Positions 1 to 16,100 are shown, counted from the stretch's first letter. The stretch is DNA of 64,000 bases from Escherichia coli (GCF_044647545.1 NZ_CP172818.1), one strand, 5' to 3'. Notes: generated from the sequence alone by a model not told the origin. Program-made: numbers and translations.

Positions 1-52
1 AATGTCGCTAGTATTAATTCATTTCAATCGTTGACAGTCTCAGGAAAGAAAC

Positions 53-778
53 ATGGCTACCAATGCAAAACCCGTCTATAAACGCATTCTGCTTAAGTTG
101 AGTGGCGAAGCTCTGCAGGGCACTGAAGGCTTCGGTATTGATGCAAGCATACTGGATCGCATGGCTCAGGAAATCAAAGAACTTGTTGAACTGGGCATTC
201 AGGTTGGTGTGGTGATTGGTGGGGGTAACCTGTTCCGTGGCGCTGGTCTGGCGAAAGCGGGTATGAACCGCGTTGTGGGCGACCACATGGGGATGCTGGC
301 GACCGTAATGAACGGCCTGGCAATGCGTGATGCACTGCACCGCGCCTATGTGAACGCTCGTCTGATGTCCGCTATTCCATTGAATGGCGTGTGCGACAGC
401 TACAGCTGGGCAGAAGCTATCAGCCTGTTGCGCAACAATCGTGTGGTGATCCTCTCCGCCGGTACAGGTAACCCGTTCTTTACCACCGACTCAGCAGCTT
501 GCCTGCGTGGTATCGAAATTGAAGCCGATGTGGTGCTGAAAGCAACCAAAGTTGACGGCGTGTTTACCGCTGATCCGGCGAAAGATCCAACCGCAACCAT
601 GTACGAGCAACTGACTTACAGCGAAGTGCTGGAAAAAGAGCTGAAAGTCATGGACCTGGCGGCCTTCACGCTGGCTCGTGACCATAAATTACCGATTCGT
701 GTTTTCAACATGAACAAACCGGGTGCGCTGCGCCGTGTGGTAATGGGTGAAAAAGAAGGGACTTTAATCACGGAATAA
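53..778 (+). CDS. pyrH: UMP kinase
   Basis: 241-aa ORF; N-terminus [21 protein letters not shown] and amino-acid kinase fold motifs recognised. Confidence 0.95.
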   Translation: MATNAKPVYKRILLKLSGEALQGTEGFGIDASILDRMAQEIKELVELGIQVGVVIGGGNLFRGAGLAKAGMNRVVGDHMGMLATVMNGLAMRDALHRAYVNARLMSAIPLNGVCDSYSWAEAISLLRNNRVVILSAGTGNPFFTTDSAACLRGIEIEADVVLKATKVDGVFTADPAKDPTATMYEQLTYSEVLEKELKVMDLAAFTLARDHKLPIRVFNMNKPGALRRVVMGEKEGTLITE

Positions 779-923
779 TTCCCGTGATGGATAAATAAGG
801 GTAAGATTCCGCGTAAGTATCGCGATCTTACCCGTAATATGTTTAATCAGGGCTATACTTAGCACACTTCCACTGTGTGTGACTGTCTGGTCTGACTGAG
901 ACAAGTTTTCAAGGATTCGTAAC

Positions 924-1481
924 GTGATTAGCGATATCAGAAAAGATGCTGAAGTACGCATGGACAAATGCGTAGAAGCGTTCAAAACCCAAATCAGCAA
1001 AATACGCACGGGTCGTGCTTCTCCCAGCCTGCTGGATGGCATTGTCGTGGAATATTACGGCACGCCGACGCCGCTGCGTCAGCTGGCAAGCGTAACGGTA
1101 GAAGATTCCCGTACTCTGAAAATCAACGTGTTTGATCGTTCAATGTCTCCGGCCGTTGAAAAAGCGATTATGGCGTCCGATCTTGGCCTGAACCCGAACT
1201 CTGCGGGTAGCGACATCCGTGTTCCGCTGCCGCCGCTGACGGAAGAACGTCGTAAAGATCTGACCAAAATCGTTCGTGGTGAAGCAGAACAAGCGCGTGT
1301 TGCAGTACGTAACGTGCGTCGTGACGCGAACGACAAAGTGAAAGCACTGTTGAAAGATAAAGAGATCAGCGAAGACGACGATCGCCGTTCTCAGGACGAT
1401 GTACAGAAACTGACTGATGCTGCAATCAAGAAAATTGAAGCGGCGCTGGCAGACAAAGAAGCAGAACTGATGCAGTTCTGA
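924..1481 (+). CDS. frr: ribosome recycling factor (GTG start)
   Basis: 185-aa [24 protein letters not shown]...; conserved position after pyrH. Confidence 0.95.
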
Positions 1482-1495
1482 TTTCTTGAACGACA

Positions 1496-1548
1496 AAAAC
1501 GCCGCTCAGTAGATCCTTGCGGATCGGCTGGCGGCGTTTTGCTTTTTA
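1496..1548 (+). terminator. putative rho-independent terminator after frr
   Basis: AAAACGCCGC ... GCGGCGTTTT inverted repeat followed by T-run. Confidence 0.5.
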
Positions 1549-1572
1549 TTCTGTCTCAACTCTGGATGTTTC

Positions 1573-2769
1573 ATGAAGCAACTCACCATTCTGGGCTCGA
1601 CCGGCTCGATTGGTTGCAGCACGCTGGACGTGGTGCGCCATAATCCCGAACACTTCCGCGTAGTTGCGCTGGTGGCAGGCAAAAATGTCACTCGCATGGT
1701 AGAACAGTGCCTGGAATTCTCTCCCCGCTATGCCGTAATGGACGATGAAGCGAGTGCGAAACTTCTTAAAACGATGTTACAGCAACAGGGTAGCCGCACC
1801 GAAGTCTTAAGTGGGCAACAAGCCGCTTGCGATATGGCAGCGCTTGAGGATGTTGATCAGGTGATGGCAGCCATTGTTGGCGCTGCTGGGCTGTTACCTA
1901 CGCTTGCTGCGATCCGCGCGGGTAAAACCATTTTGCTGGCCAATAAAGAATCACTGGTTACCTGCGGACGTCTGTTTATGGACGCCGTAAAGCAGAGCAA
2001 AGCGCAATTGTTACCGGTCGATAGCGAACATAACGCCATTTTTCAGAGTTTACCGCAACCTATCCAGCATAATCTGGGATACGCTGACCTTGAGCAAAAT
2101 GGCGTGGTGTCCATTTTACTTACCGGGTCTGGTGGCCCTTTCCGTGAGACGCCATTGCGCGATTTGGCAACAATGACGCCGGATCAAGCCTGCCGTCATC
2201 CGAACTGGTCGATGGGGCGTAAAATTTCTGTCGATTCGGCTACCATGATGAATAAAGGTCTGGAATACATTGAAGCGCGTTGGCTGTTTAACGCCAGCGC
2301 CAGCCAGATGGAAGTGCTGATTCACCCGCAGTCAGTGATTCACTCAATGGTGCGCTATCAGGACGGCAGTGTTCTGGCGCAGCTGGGGGAACCGGATATG
2401 CGTACGCCAATTGCCCACACCATGGCATGGCCGAATCGCGTGAACTCTGGCGTGAAGCCGCTCGATTTTTGCAAACTAAGTGCGTTGACATTTGCCGCAC
2501 CGGATTATGATCGTTATCCATGCCTGAAACTGGCGATGGAGGCGTTCGAACAAGGCCAGGCAGCGACGACAGCATTGAATGCCGCAAACGAAATCACCGT
2601 TGCTGCTTTTCTTGCGCAACAAATCCGCTTTACGGATATCGCCGCGTTGAATTTATCCGTACTGGAAAAAATGGATATGCGCGAACCACAATGTGTGGAC
2701 GATGTGTTATCTGTTGATGCGAACGCGCGTGAAGTCGCCAGAAAAGAGGTGATGCGTCTCGCAAGCTGA
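1573..2769 (+). CDS. dxr: 1-deoxy-D-xylulose 5-phosphate reductoisomerase
   Basis: 398-aa [29 protein letters not shown]-binding N-terminus. Confidence 0.95.
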
Positions 2770-2872
2770 GGATAATCCGGCTACAGAGAGTCGCGCTATT
2801 TGTTAGCGTAGGGCTTCAGTGATATAGTCTGCGCCATCTGATCGTAAGTAGTTGGCTTTATAAGGTCAGGTA

Positions 2873-2899
2873 TGCCGTGGTTTTACACGGCTTTTTTTT
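2873..2899 (+). terminator. putative rho-independent terminator after dxr
   Basis: GCCGTGG-loop-CACGGC hairpin followed by T8. Confidence 0.55.
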
Positions 2900-2954
2900 G
2901 TATAGGCTTCAGTATTCCTGAGTACCGTAAACCCTGTCAGGGAATAAGAAACGC

Positions 2955-3716
2955 GTGATGTTGTCTGCTACTCAACCACTTAGCGAAAAATTGCCAGCGC
3001 ATGGCTGTCGTCATGTTGCGATCATTATGGACGGCAATGGTCGCTGGGCAAAAAAGCAAGGGAAGATTCGTGCCTTTGGGCATAAAGCCGGGGCAAAATC
3101 CGTCCGCCGGGCTGTCTCTTTTGCGGCCAACAACGGTATTGAGGCGTTAACTCTGTATGCCTTTAGTAGTGAAAACTGGAACCGACCAGCGCAGGAAGTC
3201 AGTGCGTTAATGGAACTGTTTGTGTGGGCGCTTGATAGCGAAGTAAAGAGTCTGCACCGACATAACGTGCGTCTGCGTATTATTGGCGATACCAGTCGCT
3301 TTAACTCGCGTTTGCAAGAACGTATTCGTAAATCTGAAGCGCTAACAGCCGGGAATACCGGTCTGACGCTGAATATTGCGGCGAACTACGGTGGACGTTG
3401 GGATATAGTCCAGGGAGTCAGGCAACTGGCTGAAAAGGTGCAGCAAGGAAACCTGCAACCAGATCAGATAGATGAAGAGATGCTAAACCAGCATGTCTGT
3501 ATGCATGAACTGGCCCCTGTAGATTTAGTAATTAGGACTGGGGGAGAGCATCGCATTAGTAACTTTTTGCTTTGGCAAATTGCCTATGCCGAACTTTACT
3601 TTACAGATGTTCTCTGGCCCGATTTCGATGAACAAGACTTTGAAGGGGCGTTAAATGCCTTTGCTAATCGAGAGCGTCGTTTCGGCGGCACCGAGCCCGG
3701 TGATGAAACAGCCTGA
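2955..3716 (+). CDS. ispU: undecaprenyl diphosphate synthase (GTG start)
   Basis: 253-aa ORF; HVAIIMDGNGRWA cis-prenyltransferase motif. Confidence 0.95.
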   Translation: MMLSATQPLSEKLPAHGCRHVAIIMDGNGRWAKKQGKIRAFGHKAGAKSVRRAVSFAANNGIEALTLYAFSSENWNRPAQEVSALMELFVWALDSEVKSLHRHNVRLRIIGDTSRFNSRLQERIRKSEALTAGNTGLTLNIAANYGGRWDIVQGVRQLAEKVQQGNLQPDQIDEEMLNQHVCMHELAPVDLVIRTGGEHRISNFLLWQIAYAELYFTDVLWPDFDEQDFEGALNAFANRERRFGGTEPGDETA

Positions 3717-3728
3717 TGGGGGTCGCTT

Positions 3729-4586
3729 TTGCTGAAGTATCGCCTGATATCTGCTTTTGTGTTAATACCCGTCGTCATCGCGGCGTTGTTTCTGTTGCCG
3801 CCGGTGGGGTTCGCCATTGTAACGCTGGTGGTCTGCATGCTGGCAGCGTGGGAATGGGGACAGCTTAGCGGTTTTACCACTCGTGCGCAGCGAGTATGGT
3901 TGGCGGTGTTATGTGGGTTATTGTTGGCGCTGATGCTTTTTCTGTTGCCGGAATATCACCGAAATATTCATCAACCGCTGGTTGAAATCTCACTTTGGGC
4001 TTCGCTGGGTTGGTGGATTGTCGCGCTATTGCTGGTGCTGTTTTACCCAGGTTCCGCAGCAATCTGGCGTAACTCTAAAACATTGCGCATTATTTTTGGC
4101 GTGCTAACCATTGTTCCCTTCTTCTGGGGCATGCTGGCGTTACGGGCCTGGCACTACGACGAGAATCATTACAGTGGCGCAATATGGCTGCTCTATGTCA
4201 TGATCCTGGTATGGGGCGCTGACTCTGGCGCATATATGTTTGGCAAATTGTTTGGTAAACATAAGCTGGCTCCGAAGGTTTCTCCGGGTAAAACCTGGCA
4301 AGGCTTTATCGGTGGACTCGCGACTGCAGCGGTAATCTCATGGGGTTATGGCATGTGGGCGAATCTCGACGTCGCTCCCGTCACCTTACTCATTTGCTCT
4401 ATTGTCGCAGCGTTAGCCTCAGTGCTCGGCGATCTGACCGAAAGTATGTTTAAGCGTGAAGCAGGAATTAAGGACAGCGGTCATTTAATTCCAGGACACG
4501 GTGGTATTTTAGATCGTATTGATAGCCTGACGGCTGCGGTACCGGTCTTTGCTTGCTTGTTGTTACTGGTATTCAGGACGCTTTAA
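3729..4586 (+). CDS. cdsA: CDP-diglyceride synthase (TTG start)
   Basis: 285-aa polytopic membrane ORF; conserved order uppS-cdsA-rseP. Confidence 0.9.
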   Translation: MLKYRLISAFVLIPVVIAALFLLPPVGFAIVTLVVCMLAAWEWGQLSGFTTRAQRVWLAVLCGLLLALMLFLLPEYHRNIHQPLVEISLWASLGWWIVALLLVLFYPGSAAIWRNSKTLRIIFGVLTIVPFFWGMLALRAWHYDENHYSGAIWLLYVMILVWGADSGAYMFGKLFGKHKLAPKVSPGKTWQGFIGGLATAAVISWGYGMWANLDVAPVTLLICSIVAALASVLGDLTESMFKREAGIKDSGHLIPGHGGILDRIDSLTAAVPVFACLLLLVFRTL

Positions 4587-4597
4587 CGGAAGGTAAT

Positions 4598-5950
4598 ATG
4601 CTGAGTTTTCTCTGGGATTTGGCTTCGTTCATCGTTGCACTGGGTGTACTTATCACCGTGCATGAATTTGGTCATTTCTGGGTTGCCCGGCGTTGTGGTG
4701 TTCGCGTTGAGCGTTTCTCAATAGGGTTTGGTAAGGCGCTCTGGCGGCGAACTGATAAGCTCGGCACCGAATATGTTATCGCCCTGATCCCGTTGGGCGG
4801 TTATGTCAAAATGCTGGATGAGCGCGCAGAACCGGTCGTTCCGGAACTCCGCCACCATGCCTTCAATAATAAATCTGTCGGCCAACGAGCGGCGATTATT
4901 GCCGCAGGTCCGGTTGCAAACTTCATTTTTGCTATCTTTGCCTACTGGCTGGTTTTTATTATTGGTGTGCCTGGTGTACGTCCGGTGGTTGGCGAAATAG
5001 CAGCCAATTCGATAGCTGCGGAAGCACAAATTGCACCAGGTACGGAACTAAAAGCCGTAGATGGTATCGAAACGCCTGATTGGGATGCCGTGCGTTTGCA
5101 GTTGGTCGATAAAATTGGCGATGAAAGCACCACCATTACGGTAGCGCCATTTGGCAGCGACCAACGGCGGGATGTAAAGCTCGATTTACGTCACTGGGCG
5201 TTTGAGCCTGATAAAGAAGATCCGGTAACTTCGCTGGGGATTCGTCCTCGTGGGCCGCAAATTGAACCTGTACTGGAAAATGTGCAGCCAAACTCGGCGG
5301 CAAGCAAGGCAGGTTTGCAAGCAGGCGACAGGATCGTTAAAGTCGATGGTCAGCCCTTAACGCAGTGGGTGACCTTTGTGATGCTTGTCCGGGATAACCC
5401 GGGTAAATCCTTAGCGTTAGAAATCGAAAGGCAGGGGAATCCCTTGTCTTTGACATTAATCCCGGAGAGTAAACCGGGTAATGGTAAAGCGATTGGTTTT
5501 GTCGGTATTGAGCCGAAAGTCATTCCTTTGCCAGATGAGTATAAAGTTGTACGCCAGTATGGACCGTTCAACGCCATTGTCGAAGCCACGGACAAAACGT
5601 GGCAGTTGATGAAGCTGACGGTCAGTATGCTGGGAAAATTGATCACCGGTGATGTGAAACTGAACAACCTCAGTGGGCCGATCTCTATCGCCAAGGGGGC
5701 TGGGATGACAGCGGAACTCGGGGTTGTTTATTACCTGCCGTTTCTTGCGCTTATTAGCGTGAACTTAGGGATAATTAACCTGTTTCCGTTGCCCGTACTT
5801 GACGGGGGGCATCTGCTGTTCCTTGCGATCGAAAAGATCAAGGGCGGACCGGTATCCGAGCGGGTTCAAGACTTTTGTTATCGCATTGGCTCGATTCTGC
5901 TGGTGCTGTTAATGGGGCTTGCACTTTTCAATGATTTCTCTCGGTTATGA
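4598..5950 (+). CDS. rseP: regulated intramembrane proteolysis zinc metalloprotease RseP
   Basis: 450 aa from ATG at 4598 (MLSFLWDL...); HEFGHF zinc motif; PDZ region; track ORF starts 15 codons upstream. Confidence 0.92.
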   Translation: MLSFLWDLASFIVALGVLITVHEFGHFWVARRCGVRVERFSIGFGKALWRRTDKLGTEYVIALIPLGGYVKMLDERAEPVVPELRHHAFNNKSVGQRAAIIAAGPVANFIFAIFAYWLVFIIGVPGVRPVVGEIAANSIAAEAQIAPGTELKAVDGIETPDWDAVRLQLVDKIGDESTTITVAPFGSDQRRDVKLDLRHWAFEPDKEDPVTSLGIRPRGPQIEPVLENVQPNSAASKAGLQAGDRIVKVDGQPLTQWVTFVMLVRDNPGKSLALEIERQGNPLSLTLIPESKPGNGKAIGFVGIEPKVIPLPDEYKVVRQYGPFNAIVEATDKTWQLMKLTVSMLGKLITGDVKLNNLSGPISIAKGAGMTAELGVVYYLPFLALISVNLGIINLFPLPVLDGGHLLFLAIEKIKGGPVSERVQDFCYRIGSILLVLLMGLALFNDFSRL

Positions 5951-5961
5951 GAGTTAGTTAG

Positions 5962-8412
<2,451 letters not shown>

Positions 8413-8533
8413 GTGTTCTCCACAAAGGAATGTAGTGGTAGTGTAGCGATGACTTTAGGCGATCAATATAAGATCGCCGGGCCACGCAAAGAACTGCACC
8501 TTCCGGTGCAAATGGGATGGTAAGGAGTTTATT

Positions 8534-9019
8534 GTGAAAAAGTGGTTATTAGCGGCAGGTCTCGGTTTAGCACTGGCAACTTCTGCTCAGGCGGCTGACA
8601 AAATTGCAATCGTCAATATGGGCAGCCTGTTCCAGCAGGTAGCGCAGAAAACCGGTGTTTCTAACACGCTGGAAAATGAGTTCAAAGGCCGTGCCAGCGA
8701 ACTGCAGCGTATGGAAACCGATCTGCAGGCTAAAATGAAAAAGCTGCAGTCCATGAAAGCGGGCAGCGATCGCACTAAGCTGGAAAAAGACGTGATGGCT
8801 CAGCGCCAGACTTTTGCTCAGAAAGCGCAGGCTTTTGAGCAGGATCGCGCTCGTCGTTCCAACGAAGAACGTGGCAAACTGGTTACTCGTATCCAGACTG
8901 CTGTGAAATCCGTTGCCAACAGCCAGGATATCGATCTGGTTGTTGATGCAAACGCCGTTGCTTACAACAGCAGCGATGTAAAAGACATCACTGCTGACGT
9001 ACTGAAACAGGTTAAATAA
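8534..9019 (+). CDS. skp: periplasmic chaperone Skp (GTG start)
   Basis: 161-aa ORF with signal peptide [20 protein letters not shown]. Confidence 0.95.
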   Translation: MKKWLLAAGLGLALATSAQAADKIAIVNMGSLFQQVAQKTGVSNTLENEFKGRASELQRMETDLQAKMKKLQSMKAGSDRTKLEKDVMAQRQTFAQKAQAFEQDRARRSNEERGKLVTRIQTAVKSVANSQDIDLVVDANAVAYNSSDVKDITADVLKQVK

Positions 9020-9022
9020 GTA

Positions 9023-10048
9023 ATGCCTTCAATTCGACTGGCTGATTTAGCGCAGCAGTTGGATGCAGAACTACACGGTGATGGCGATATCGTCATCACC
9101 GGCGTTGCGTCCATGCAATCTGCACAAACAGGTCACATTACGTTCATGGTTAACCCAAAATACCGTGAGCATTTAGGCTTGTGCCAGGCGTCCGCGGTTG
9201 TCATGACCCAGGACGATCTTCCTTTCGCGAAAAGTGCCGCGCTGGTAGTGAAGAATCCCTACCTGACTTACGCGCGCATGGCGCAAATTTTAGATACCAC
9301 GCCGCAGCCCGCGCAGAACATTGCACCCAGTGCAGTGATTGACGCGACGGCGAAGCTGGGTAACAACGTCTCAATTGGCGCTAACGCGGTGATTGAGTCC
9401 GGCGTTGAACTGGGCGATAACGTGATTATCGGTGCCGGTTGCTTCGTAGGTAAAAACAGCAAAATCGGTGCAGGTTCGCGTCTCTGGGCGAACGTAACCA
9501 TTTACCATGAGATCCAGATCGGTCAGAATTGCCTGATCCAGTCCGGAACAGTGGTAGGCGCAGACGGCTTTGGTTATGCCAACGATCGTGGTAACTGGGT
9601 GAAGATCCCGCAGATAGGTCGCGTAATTATTGGCGATCGCGTGGAGATCGGCGCATGTACTACCATCGATCGCGGTGCGCTGGATGACACTGTTATTGGC
9701 AATGGTGTGATCATTGATAACCAGTGCCAGATTGCACATAACGTCGTGATTGGCGACAATACGGCAGTTGCCGGTGGCGTCATTATGGCGGGCAGCCTGA
9801 AAATTGGTCGTTACTGCATGATCGGCGGAGCCAGCGTAATCAACGGGCATATGGAAATATGCGACAAAGTGACGGTTACGGGCATGGGTATGGTGATGCG
9901 TCCCATCACTGAACCAGGCGTCTATTCCTCAGGCATTCCGCTGCAACCCAACAAAGTCTGGCGCAAAACCGCTGCACTGGTGATGAACATTGATGACATG
10001 AGCAAGCGTCTGAAATCGCTTGAGCGCAAGGTTAATCAACAAGACTAA
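9023..10048 (+). CDS. lpxD: UDP-3-O-(3-hydroxymyristoyl)glucosamine N-acyltransferase
   Basis: 341-aa ORF; hexapeptide-repeat left-handed beta-helix. Confidence 0.95.
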
Positions 10049-10152
10049 CGTTCCATCTTTTGTTCGCCAAACTTTACGGCCTGTCTCATTCTTACGATTG
10101 CGGCAGGCCGTGTTATTATTGTCGTTTCTTATATTTTGACAGGAAGAGTATC

Positions 10153-10608
10153 TTGACTACTAACACTCATACTCTGCAGATTGAAGAGATTTTAGAACTT
10201 CTGCCGCACCGTTTCCCGTTCTTACTGGTGGATCGCGTGCTGGATTTTGAAGAAGGTCGTTTTCTGCGCGCAGTAAAAAATGTCTCTGTCAATGAGCCAT
10301 TCTTCCAGGGCCATTTCCCTGGAAAACCGATTTTCCCGGGTGTGCTGATTCTGGAAGCAATGGCACAGGCAACAGGTATTCTGGCGTTTAAAAGCGTAGG
10401 AAAACTGGAACCGGGTGAGCTGTACTACTTCGCCGGTATTGACGAAGCGCGCTTTAAGCGCCCGGTCGTGCCTGGCGATCAAATGATCATGGAAGTCACT
10501 TTCGAAAAAACGCGCCGCGGCCTGACCCGTTTTAAAGGGGTTGCTCTGGTCGACGGTAAAGTAGTTTGCGAAGCAACGATGATGTGTGCTCGTAGCCGGG
10601 AGGCCTGA
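10153..10608 (+). CDS. fabZ: 3-hydroxyacyl-ACP dehydratase FabZ (TTG start)
   Basis: 151 aa from TTG at 10153 ([22 protein letters not shown]...); track ORF extends further upstream. Confidence 0.9.
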
Positions 10609-10611
10609 TAC

Positions 10612-11400
10612 GTGATTGATAAATCCGCCTTTGTGCATCCAACCGCCATTGTGGAAGAGGGCGCGTCGATTGGCGCGAACGCTCACATTGGTCCTTTTTG
10701 TATCGTTGGACCCCATGTCGAAATTGGTGAGGGTACCGTACTGAAATCTCACGTTGTCGTGAATGGTCATACTAAAATTGGCCGCGATAATGAGATTTAT
10801 CAGTTCGCCTCCATCGGCGAAGTTAACCAGGATCTGAAATATGCTGGCGAACCGACCCGCGTGGAAATCGGCGATCGTAACCGCATTCGCGAAAGCGTCA
10901 CCATTCATCGTGGCACAGTCCAGGGCGGTGGATTGACGAAGGTGGGCAGCGACAACTTACTGATGATCAATGCGCACATTGCGCACGATTGTACGGTAGG
11001 TAACCGCTGCATCCTCGCCAACAACGCAACGCTGGCGGGTCACGTATCGGTTGACGACTTCGCGATCATCGGCGGCATGACCGCAGTCCATCAGTTCTGC
11101 ATCATTGGTGCGCATGTGATGGTTGGCGGCTGCTCCGGTGTGGCGCAGGACGTCCCTCCTTATGTCATTGCGCAGGGTAACCACGCAACGCCGTTCGGTG
11201 TCAATATCGAAGGGCTGAAGCGCCGCGGATTCAGCCGTGAGGCGATTACCGCTATCCGCAATGCGTATAAGCTGATTTATCGTAGCGGTAAAACGCTCGA
11301 TGAAGTGAAACCGGAAATTGCTGAACTGGCGGAAACATATCCGGAAGTGAAAGCCTTTACCGATTTCTTTGCACGCTCAACGCGCGGTCTGATTCGTTAA
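10612..11400 (+). CDS. lpxA: UDP-N-acetylglucosamine acyltransferase (GTG start)
   Basis: 262-aa hexapeptide-repeat [24 protein letters not shown]. Confidence 0.95.
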
Positions 11401-12548
11401 TGACTGAACAGCGTCCATTAACGATTGCCCTGGTCGCCGGAGAAACCTCCGGCGATATCCTGGGGGCCGGTTTAATCCGTGCTCTGAAAGAACGTGTGCC
11501 CAATGCCCGCTTTGTTGGTGTTGCCGGGCCACGAATGCAAGCCGAAGGCTGCGAAGCCTGGTACGAAATGGAAGAGCTGGCGGTGATGGGCATTGTTGAA
11601 GTGCTCGGGCGTCTGCGCCGCTTACTGCATATTCGTGCCGATCTGACAAAGCGTTTTGGCGAACTGAAGCCAGATGTTTTTGTCGGTATTGATGCGCCTG
11701 ACTTCAATATTACCCTTGAAGGTAACCTTAAAAAGCAGGGGATCAAAACCATTCATTATGTCAGCCCGTCCGTCTGGGCGTGGCGACAGAAACGCGTTTT
11801 CAAAATAGGCAGAGCCACCGATCTGGTGCTCGCATTTCTGCCTTTCGAAAAAGCGTTTTATGACAAATACAACGTACCGTGCCGCTTTATCGGTCATACC
11901 ATGGCTGATGCCATGCCATTAGATCCAGATAAAAATGGTGCCCGTGATGTGCTGGGGATCTCTCACGATGCCCACTGTCTGGCATTGTTGCCGGGCAGCC
12001 GTGGTGCAGAAGTCGAAATGCTTAGCGCCGATTTTCTGAAAACGGCCCAGCTTTTGCGCCAGACATATCCGGATCTCGAAATCGTGGTGCCGCTGGTGAA
12101 TGCCAAACGCCGCGAGCAGTTTGAACGCATCAAAGCTGAAGTTGCGCCAGACCTGTCGGTTCATATGCTGGATGGGTTGGGCCGTGAGGCGATGGTCGCC
12201 AGTGATGCGGCGCTACTGGCGTCGGGTACGGCAGCACTGGAGTGTATGCTGGCTAAATGCCCGATGGTAGTGGGATATCGCATGAAGCCTTTTACCTTCT
12301 GGCTGGCGAAGCGACTGGTGAAAACTGATTATGTCTCTCTACCCAATTTGCTGGCGGGCAGAGAGTTAGTCAAAGAGTTATTGCAGGAAGAGTGTGAGCC
12401 GCAAAAACTGGCTGCGGCGCTGTTACCGCTGTTGGCGAACGGGAAAACCAGCCACGCGATGCACGATACCTTCCGTGAACTGCATCAGCAGATCCGCTGC
12501 AATGCCGATGAGCAGGCGGCACAAGCCGTTCTGGAGTTAGCACAATGA
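11400..12548 (+). CDS. lpxB: lipid-A-disaccharide synthase
   Basis: 382-aa ORF; start overlaps lpxA stop by 1 nt. Confidence 0.95.
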   Translation: MTEQRPLTIALVAGETSGDILGAGLIRALKERVPNARFVGVAGPRMQAEGCEAWYEMEELAVMGIVEVLGRLRRLLHIRADLTKRFGELKPDVFVGIDAPDFNITLEGNLKKQGIKTIHYVSPSVWAWRQKRVFKIGRATDLVLAFLPFEKAFYDKYNVPCRFIGHTMADAMPLDPDKNGARDVLGISHDAHCLALLPGSRGAEVEMLSADFLKTAQLLRQTYPDLEIVVPLVNAKRREQFERIKAEVAPDLSVHMLDGLGREAMVASDAALLASGTAALECMLAKCPMVVGYRMKPFTFWLAKRLVKTDYVSLPNLLAGRELVKELLQEECEPQKLAAALLPLLANGKTSHAMHDTFRELHQQIRCNADEQAAQAVLELAQ

Positions 12549-13141
12549 TCGAATTTGTTTATCCGCACACGCAGCTGGTTGCGGGTGTGGATGAAGTCGG
12601 ACGCGGGCCGTTAGTTGGCGCGGTCGTCACCGCTGCAGTGATCCTTGACCCGTCGCGCCCGATTGCCGGGCTGAATGATTCCAAAAAGCTGAGCGAAAAA
12701 CGCCGTCTGGCGCTCTGCGAAGAGATCAAAGAGAAAGCGTTGAGCTGGAGTCTGGGCCGCGCGGAACCCCACGAAATCGACGAACTGAATATTTTACACG
12801 CGACCATGCTGGCGATGCAGCGTGCCGTCGCTGGGCTGCATATTGCGCCGGAATATGTGTTGATTGATGGTAACCGCTGCCCGAAATTACCGATGCCTGC
12901 GATGGCTGTGGTGAAAGGCGATAGCCGCGTACCGGAAATCAGTGCCGCGTCTATCCTGGCGAAAGTGACGCGTGACGCCGAAATGGCGGCGCTGGATATT
13001 GTTTTCCCGCAATATGGTTTTGCCCAACACAAAGGGTATCCAACCGCTTTTCATCTGGAAAAACTGGCTGAATATGGCGCGACTGAACATCATCGTCGCA
13101 GCTTTGGGCCTGTCAAACGCGCACTGGGACTTGCGTCCTGA
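12545..13141 (+). CDS. rnhB: ribonuclease HII
   Basis: 198-aa [13 protein letters not shown] catalytic motif; 4-nt overlap with lpxB. Confidence 0.95.
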   Translation: MIEFVYPHTQLVAGVDEVGRGPLVGAVVTAAVILDPSRPIAGLNDSKKLSEKRRLALCEEIKEKALSWSLGRAEPHEIDELNILHATMLAMQRAVAGLHIAPEYVLIDGNRCPKLPMPAMAVVKGDSRVPEISAASILAKVTRDAEMAALDIVFPQYGFAQHKGYPTAFHLEKLAEYGATEHHRRSFGPVKRALGLAS

Positions 13142-13177
13142 TTCTTGTGTCGAGATTAAGTAAACCGGAATCTGAAG

Positions 13178-16100
13178 ATGTCTGAACCACGTTTCGTACA
13201 CCTGCGGGTGCACAGCGACTACTCGATGATCGATGGCCTGGCCAAAACCGCACCGCTGGTAAAAAAGGCGGCGGCGTTGGGTATGCCAGCACTGGCGATC
13301 ACCGATTTCACCAACCTTTGTGGTCTGGTGAAGTTCTACGGAGCGGGACATGGCGCAGGGATTAAGCCTATCGTCGGGGCAGATTTTAATGTCCAGTGTG
13401 ACCTGCTGGGTGATGAGTTAACCCACCTGACGGTGCTGGCGGCGAACAATACCGGCTATCAGAATCTGACGTTGCTGATCTCAAAAGCGTATCAGCGCGG
13501 GTACGGTGCCGCCGGGCCGATCATCGATCGCGACTGGCTTATCGAATTAAACGAAGGGTTGATCCTTCTTTCCGGCGGGCGCATGGGCGACGTTGGACGC
13601 AGTCTTTTGCGTGGTAACAGCGCGCTGGTAGATGAGTGTGTCGCGTTTTATGAAGAACACTTCCCGGATCGCTATTTTCTCGAGCTGATCCGCACCGGCA
13701 GGCCGGACGAAGAAAGCTATCTGCACGCGGCGGTGGAACTGGCGGAAGCGCGCGGTTTACCCGTCGTGGCGACCAACGACGTGCGCTTTATCGACAGCAG
13801 CGACTTTGACGCACACGAAATCCGCGTCGCGATCCACGACGGCTTTACCCTCGACGATCCTAAACGCCCGCGTAACTATTCGCCGCAGCAATATATGCGT
13901 AGCGAAGAGGAGATGTGTGAGCTGTTTGCCGACATCCCCGAAGCCCTTGCCAACACCGTTGAGATCGCCAAACGCTGTAACGTGACCGTGCGCCTTGGTG
14001 AATACTTCCTGCCGCAGTTCCCGACCGGGGACATGAGCACCGAAGATTATCTGGTCAAGCGTGCAAAAGAAGGCCTGGAAGAGCGTCTGGCCTTTTTATT
14101 CCCTGACGAGGAAGAACGTCTGAAGCGCCGCCCGGAATATGACGAGCGTCTGGAGACTGAACTTCAGGTTATCAACCAGATGGGCTTCCCGGGTTACTTC
14201 CTCATCGTTATGGAATTTATCCAGTGGTCGAAAGATAACGGCGTACCGGTAGGGCCAGGCCGTGGCTCCGGTGCGGGTTCACTGGTGGCCTACGCGCTGA
14301 AAATCACCGACCTCGATCCGCTGGAATTTGACCTGCTGTTCGAACGTTTCCTTAACCCGGAACGTGTCTCCATGCCTGACTTCGACGTTGACTTCTGTAT
14401 GGAGAAACGCGACCAGGTTATCGAACACGTCGCGGACATGTACGGTCGTGATGCGGTATCGCAGATTATCACCTTCGGTACGATGGCGGCGAAAGCGGTG
14501 ATCCGCGACGTAGGCCGCGTACTGGGGCATCCGTACGGCTTTGTCGACCGTATCTCGAAACTGATCCCGCCCGATCCGGGGATGACGCTGGCGAAAGCGT
14601 TTGAAGCCGAGCCGCAGCTGCCGGAAATCTACGAAGCGGATGAAGAAGTTAAGGCGCTGATCGACATGGCGCGCAAACTGGAAGGGGTCACCCGTAACGC
14701 CGGTAAGCACGCCGGTGGGGTGGTTATCGCACCGACCAAAATTACCGATTTTGCGCCGCTTTACTGCGATGAAGAGGGCAAACATCCAGTCACCCAGTTT
14801 GATAAAAGCGACGTTGAATACGCCGGACTGGTGAAGTTCGACTTCCTTGGTTTGCGTACGCTCACCATCATCAACTGGGCGCTGGAGATGATCAACAAGC
14901 GGCGGGCGAAGAATGGCGAGCCGCCGCTGGATATTGCCGCGATCCCGCTGGATGACAAGAAAAGCTTCGACATGCTGCAACGCTCGGAAACCACGGCGGT
15001 ATTCCAGCTTGAATCGCGCGGCATGAAGGACCTGATCAAGCGTCTGCAACCTGACTGCTTCGAAGATATGATCGCACTGGTGGCACTGTTCCGCCCCGGT
15101 CCGTTGCAATCAGGGATGGTGGATAACTTTATCGACCGTAAACATGGTCGCGAAGAGATCTCCTATCCGGACGTGCAGTGGCAGCATGAAAGCCTGAAAC
15201 CGGTACTGGAGCCAACCTACGGCATCATCCTGTATCAGGAACAGGTCATGCAGATTGCCCAGGTGCTTTCTGGTTATACCCTCGGTGGCGCGGATATGCT
15301 GCGTCGTGCGATGGGTAAGAAAAAGCCGGAAGAGATGGCTAAGCAGCGTTCTGTATTTGCTGAAGGTGCAGAAAAGAACGGAATCAACGCCGAACTGGCG
15401 ATGAAAATCTTCGACCTGGTGGAGAAATTCGCGGGTTACGGATTTAACAAATCGCACTCTGCGGCCTATGCTTTGGTGTCATATCAAACGTTATGGCTGA
15501 AAGCGCACTATCCGGCGGAGTTTATGGCGGCGGTAATGACCGCCGATATGGACAACACCGAGAAGGTGGTGGGCCTGGTGGATGAGTGCTGGCGGATGGG
15601 GCTGAAAATCCTACCGCCGGATATAAACTCCGGTCTTTACCATTTCCACGTCAACGACGACGGCGAAATCGTGTATGGTATTGGCGCGATCAAAGGGGTA
15701 GGTGAAGGCCCGATTGAGGCCATCATCGAAGCCCGCAATAAAGGCGGCTACTTCCGCGAACTGTTTGATCTCTGCGCCCGTACCGACACCAAAAAGTTAA
15801 ACCGGCGAGTGCTGGAAAAACTGATCATGTCCGGGGCGTTTGACCGTCTTGGGCCACACCGCGCGGCGCTGATGAACTCGCTGGGCGATGCGTTAAAAGC
15901 GGCAGATCAACACGCGAAAGCGGAAGCTATCGGTCAGGCCGATATGTTCGGCGTGCTGGCCGAAGAGCCGGAACAAATTGAACAATCCTACGCCAGCTGC
16001 CAACCGTGGCCGGAGCAGGTGGTGTTAGATGGGGAACGCGAAACGTTAGGTCTGTACCTCACGGGACACCCTATCAACCAGTATTTAAAAGAGATTGAGC

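Noticed and set aside
10222-10908. 228-aa minus-strand ORF spanning fabZ/lpxA
   Set aside because: Antisense to two conserved genes; no start context.
14279-15109. 276-aa minus-strand ORF inside dnaE
   Set aside because: Fully antisense to a highly conserved essential gene; no RBS and no recognisable domain.
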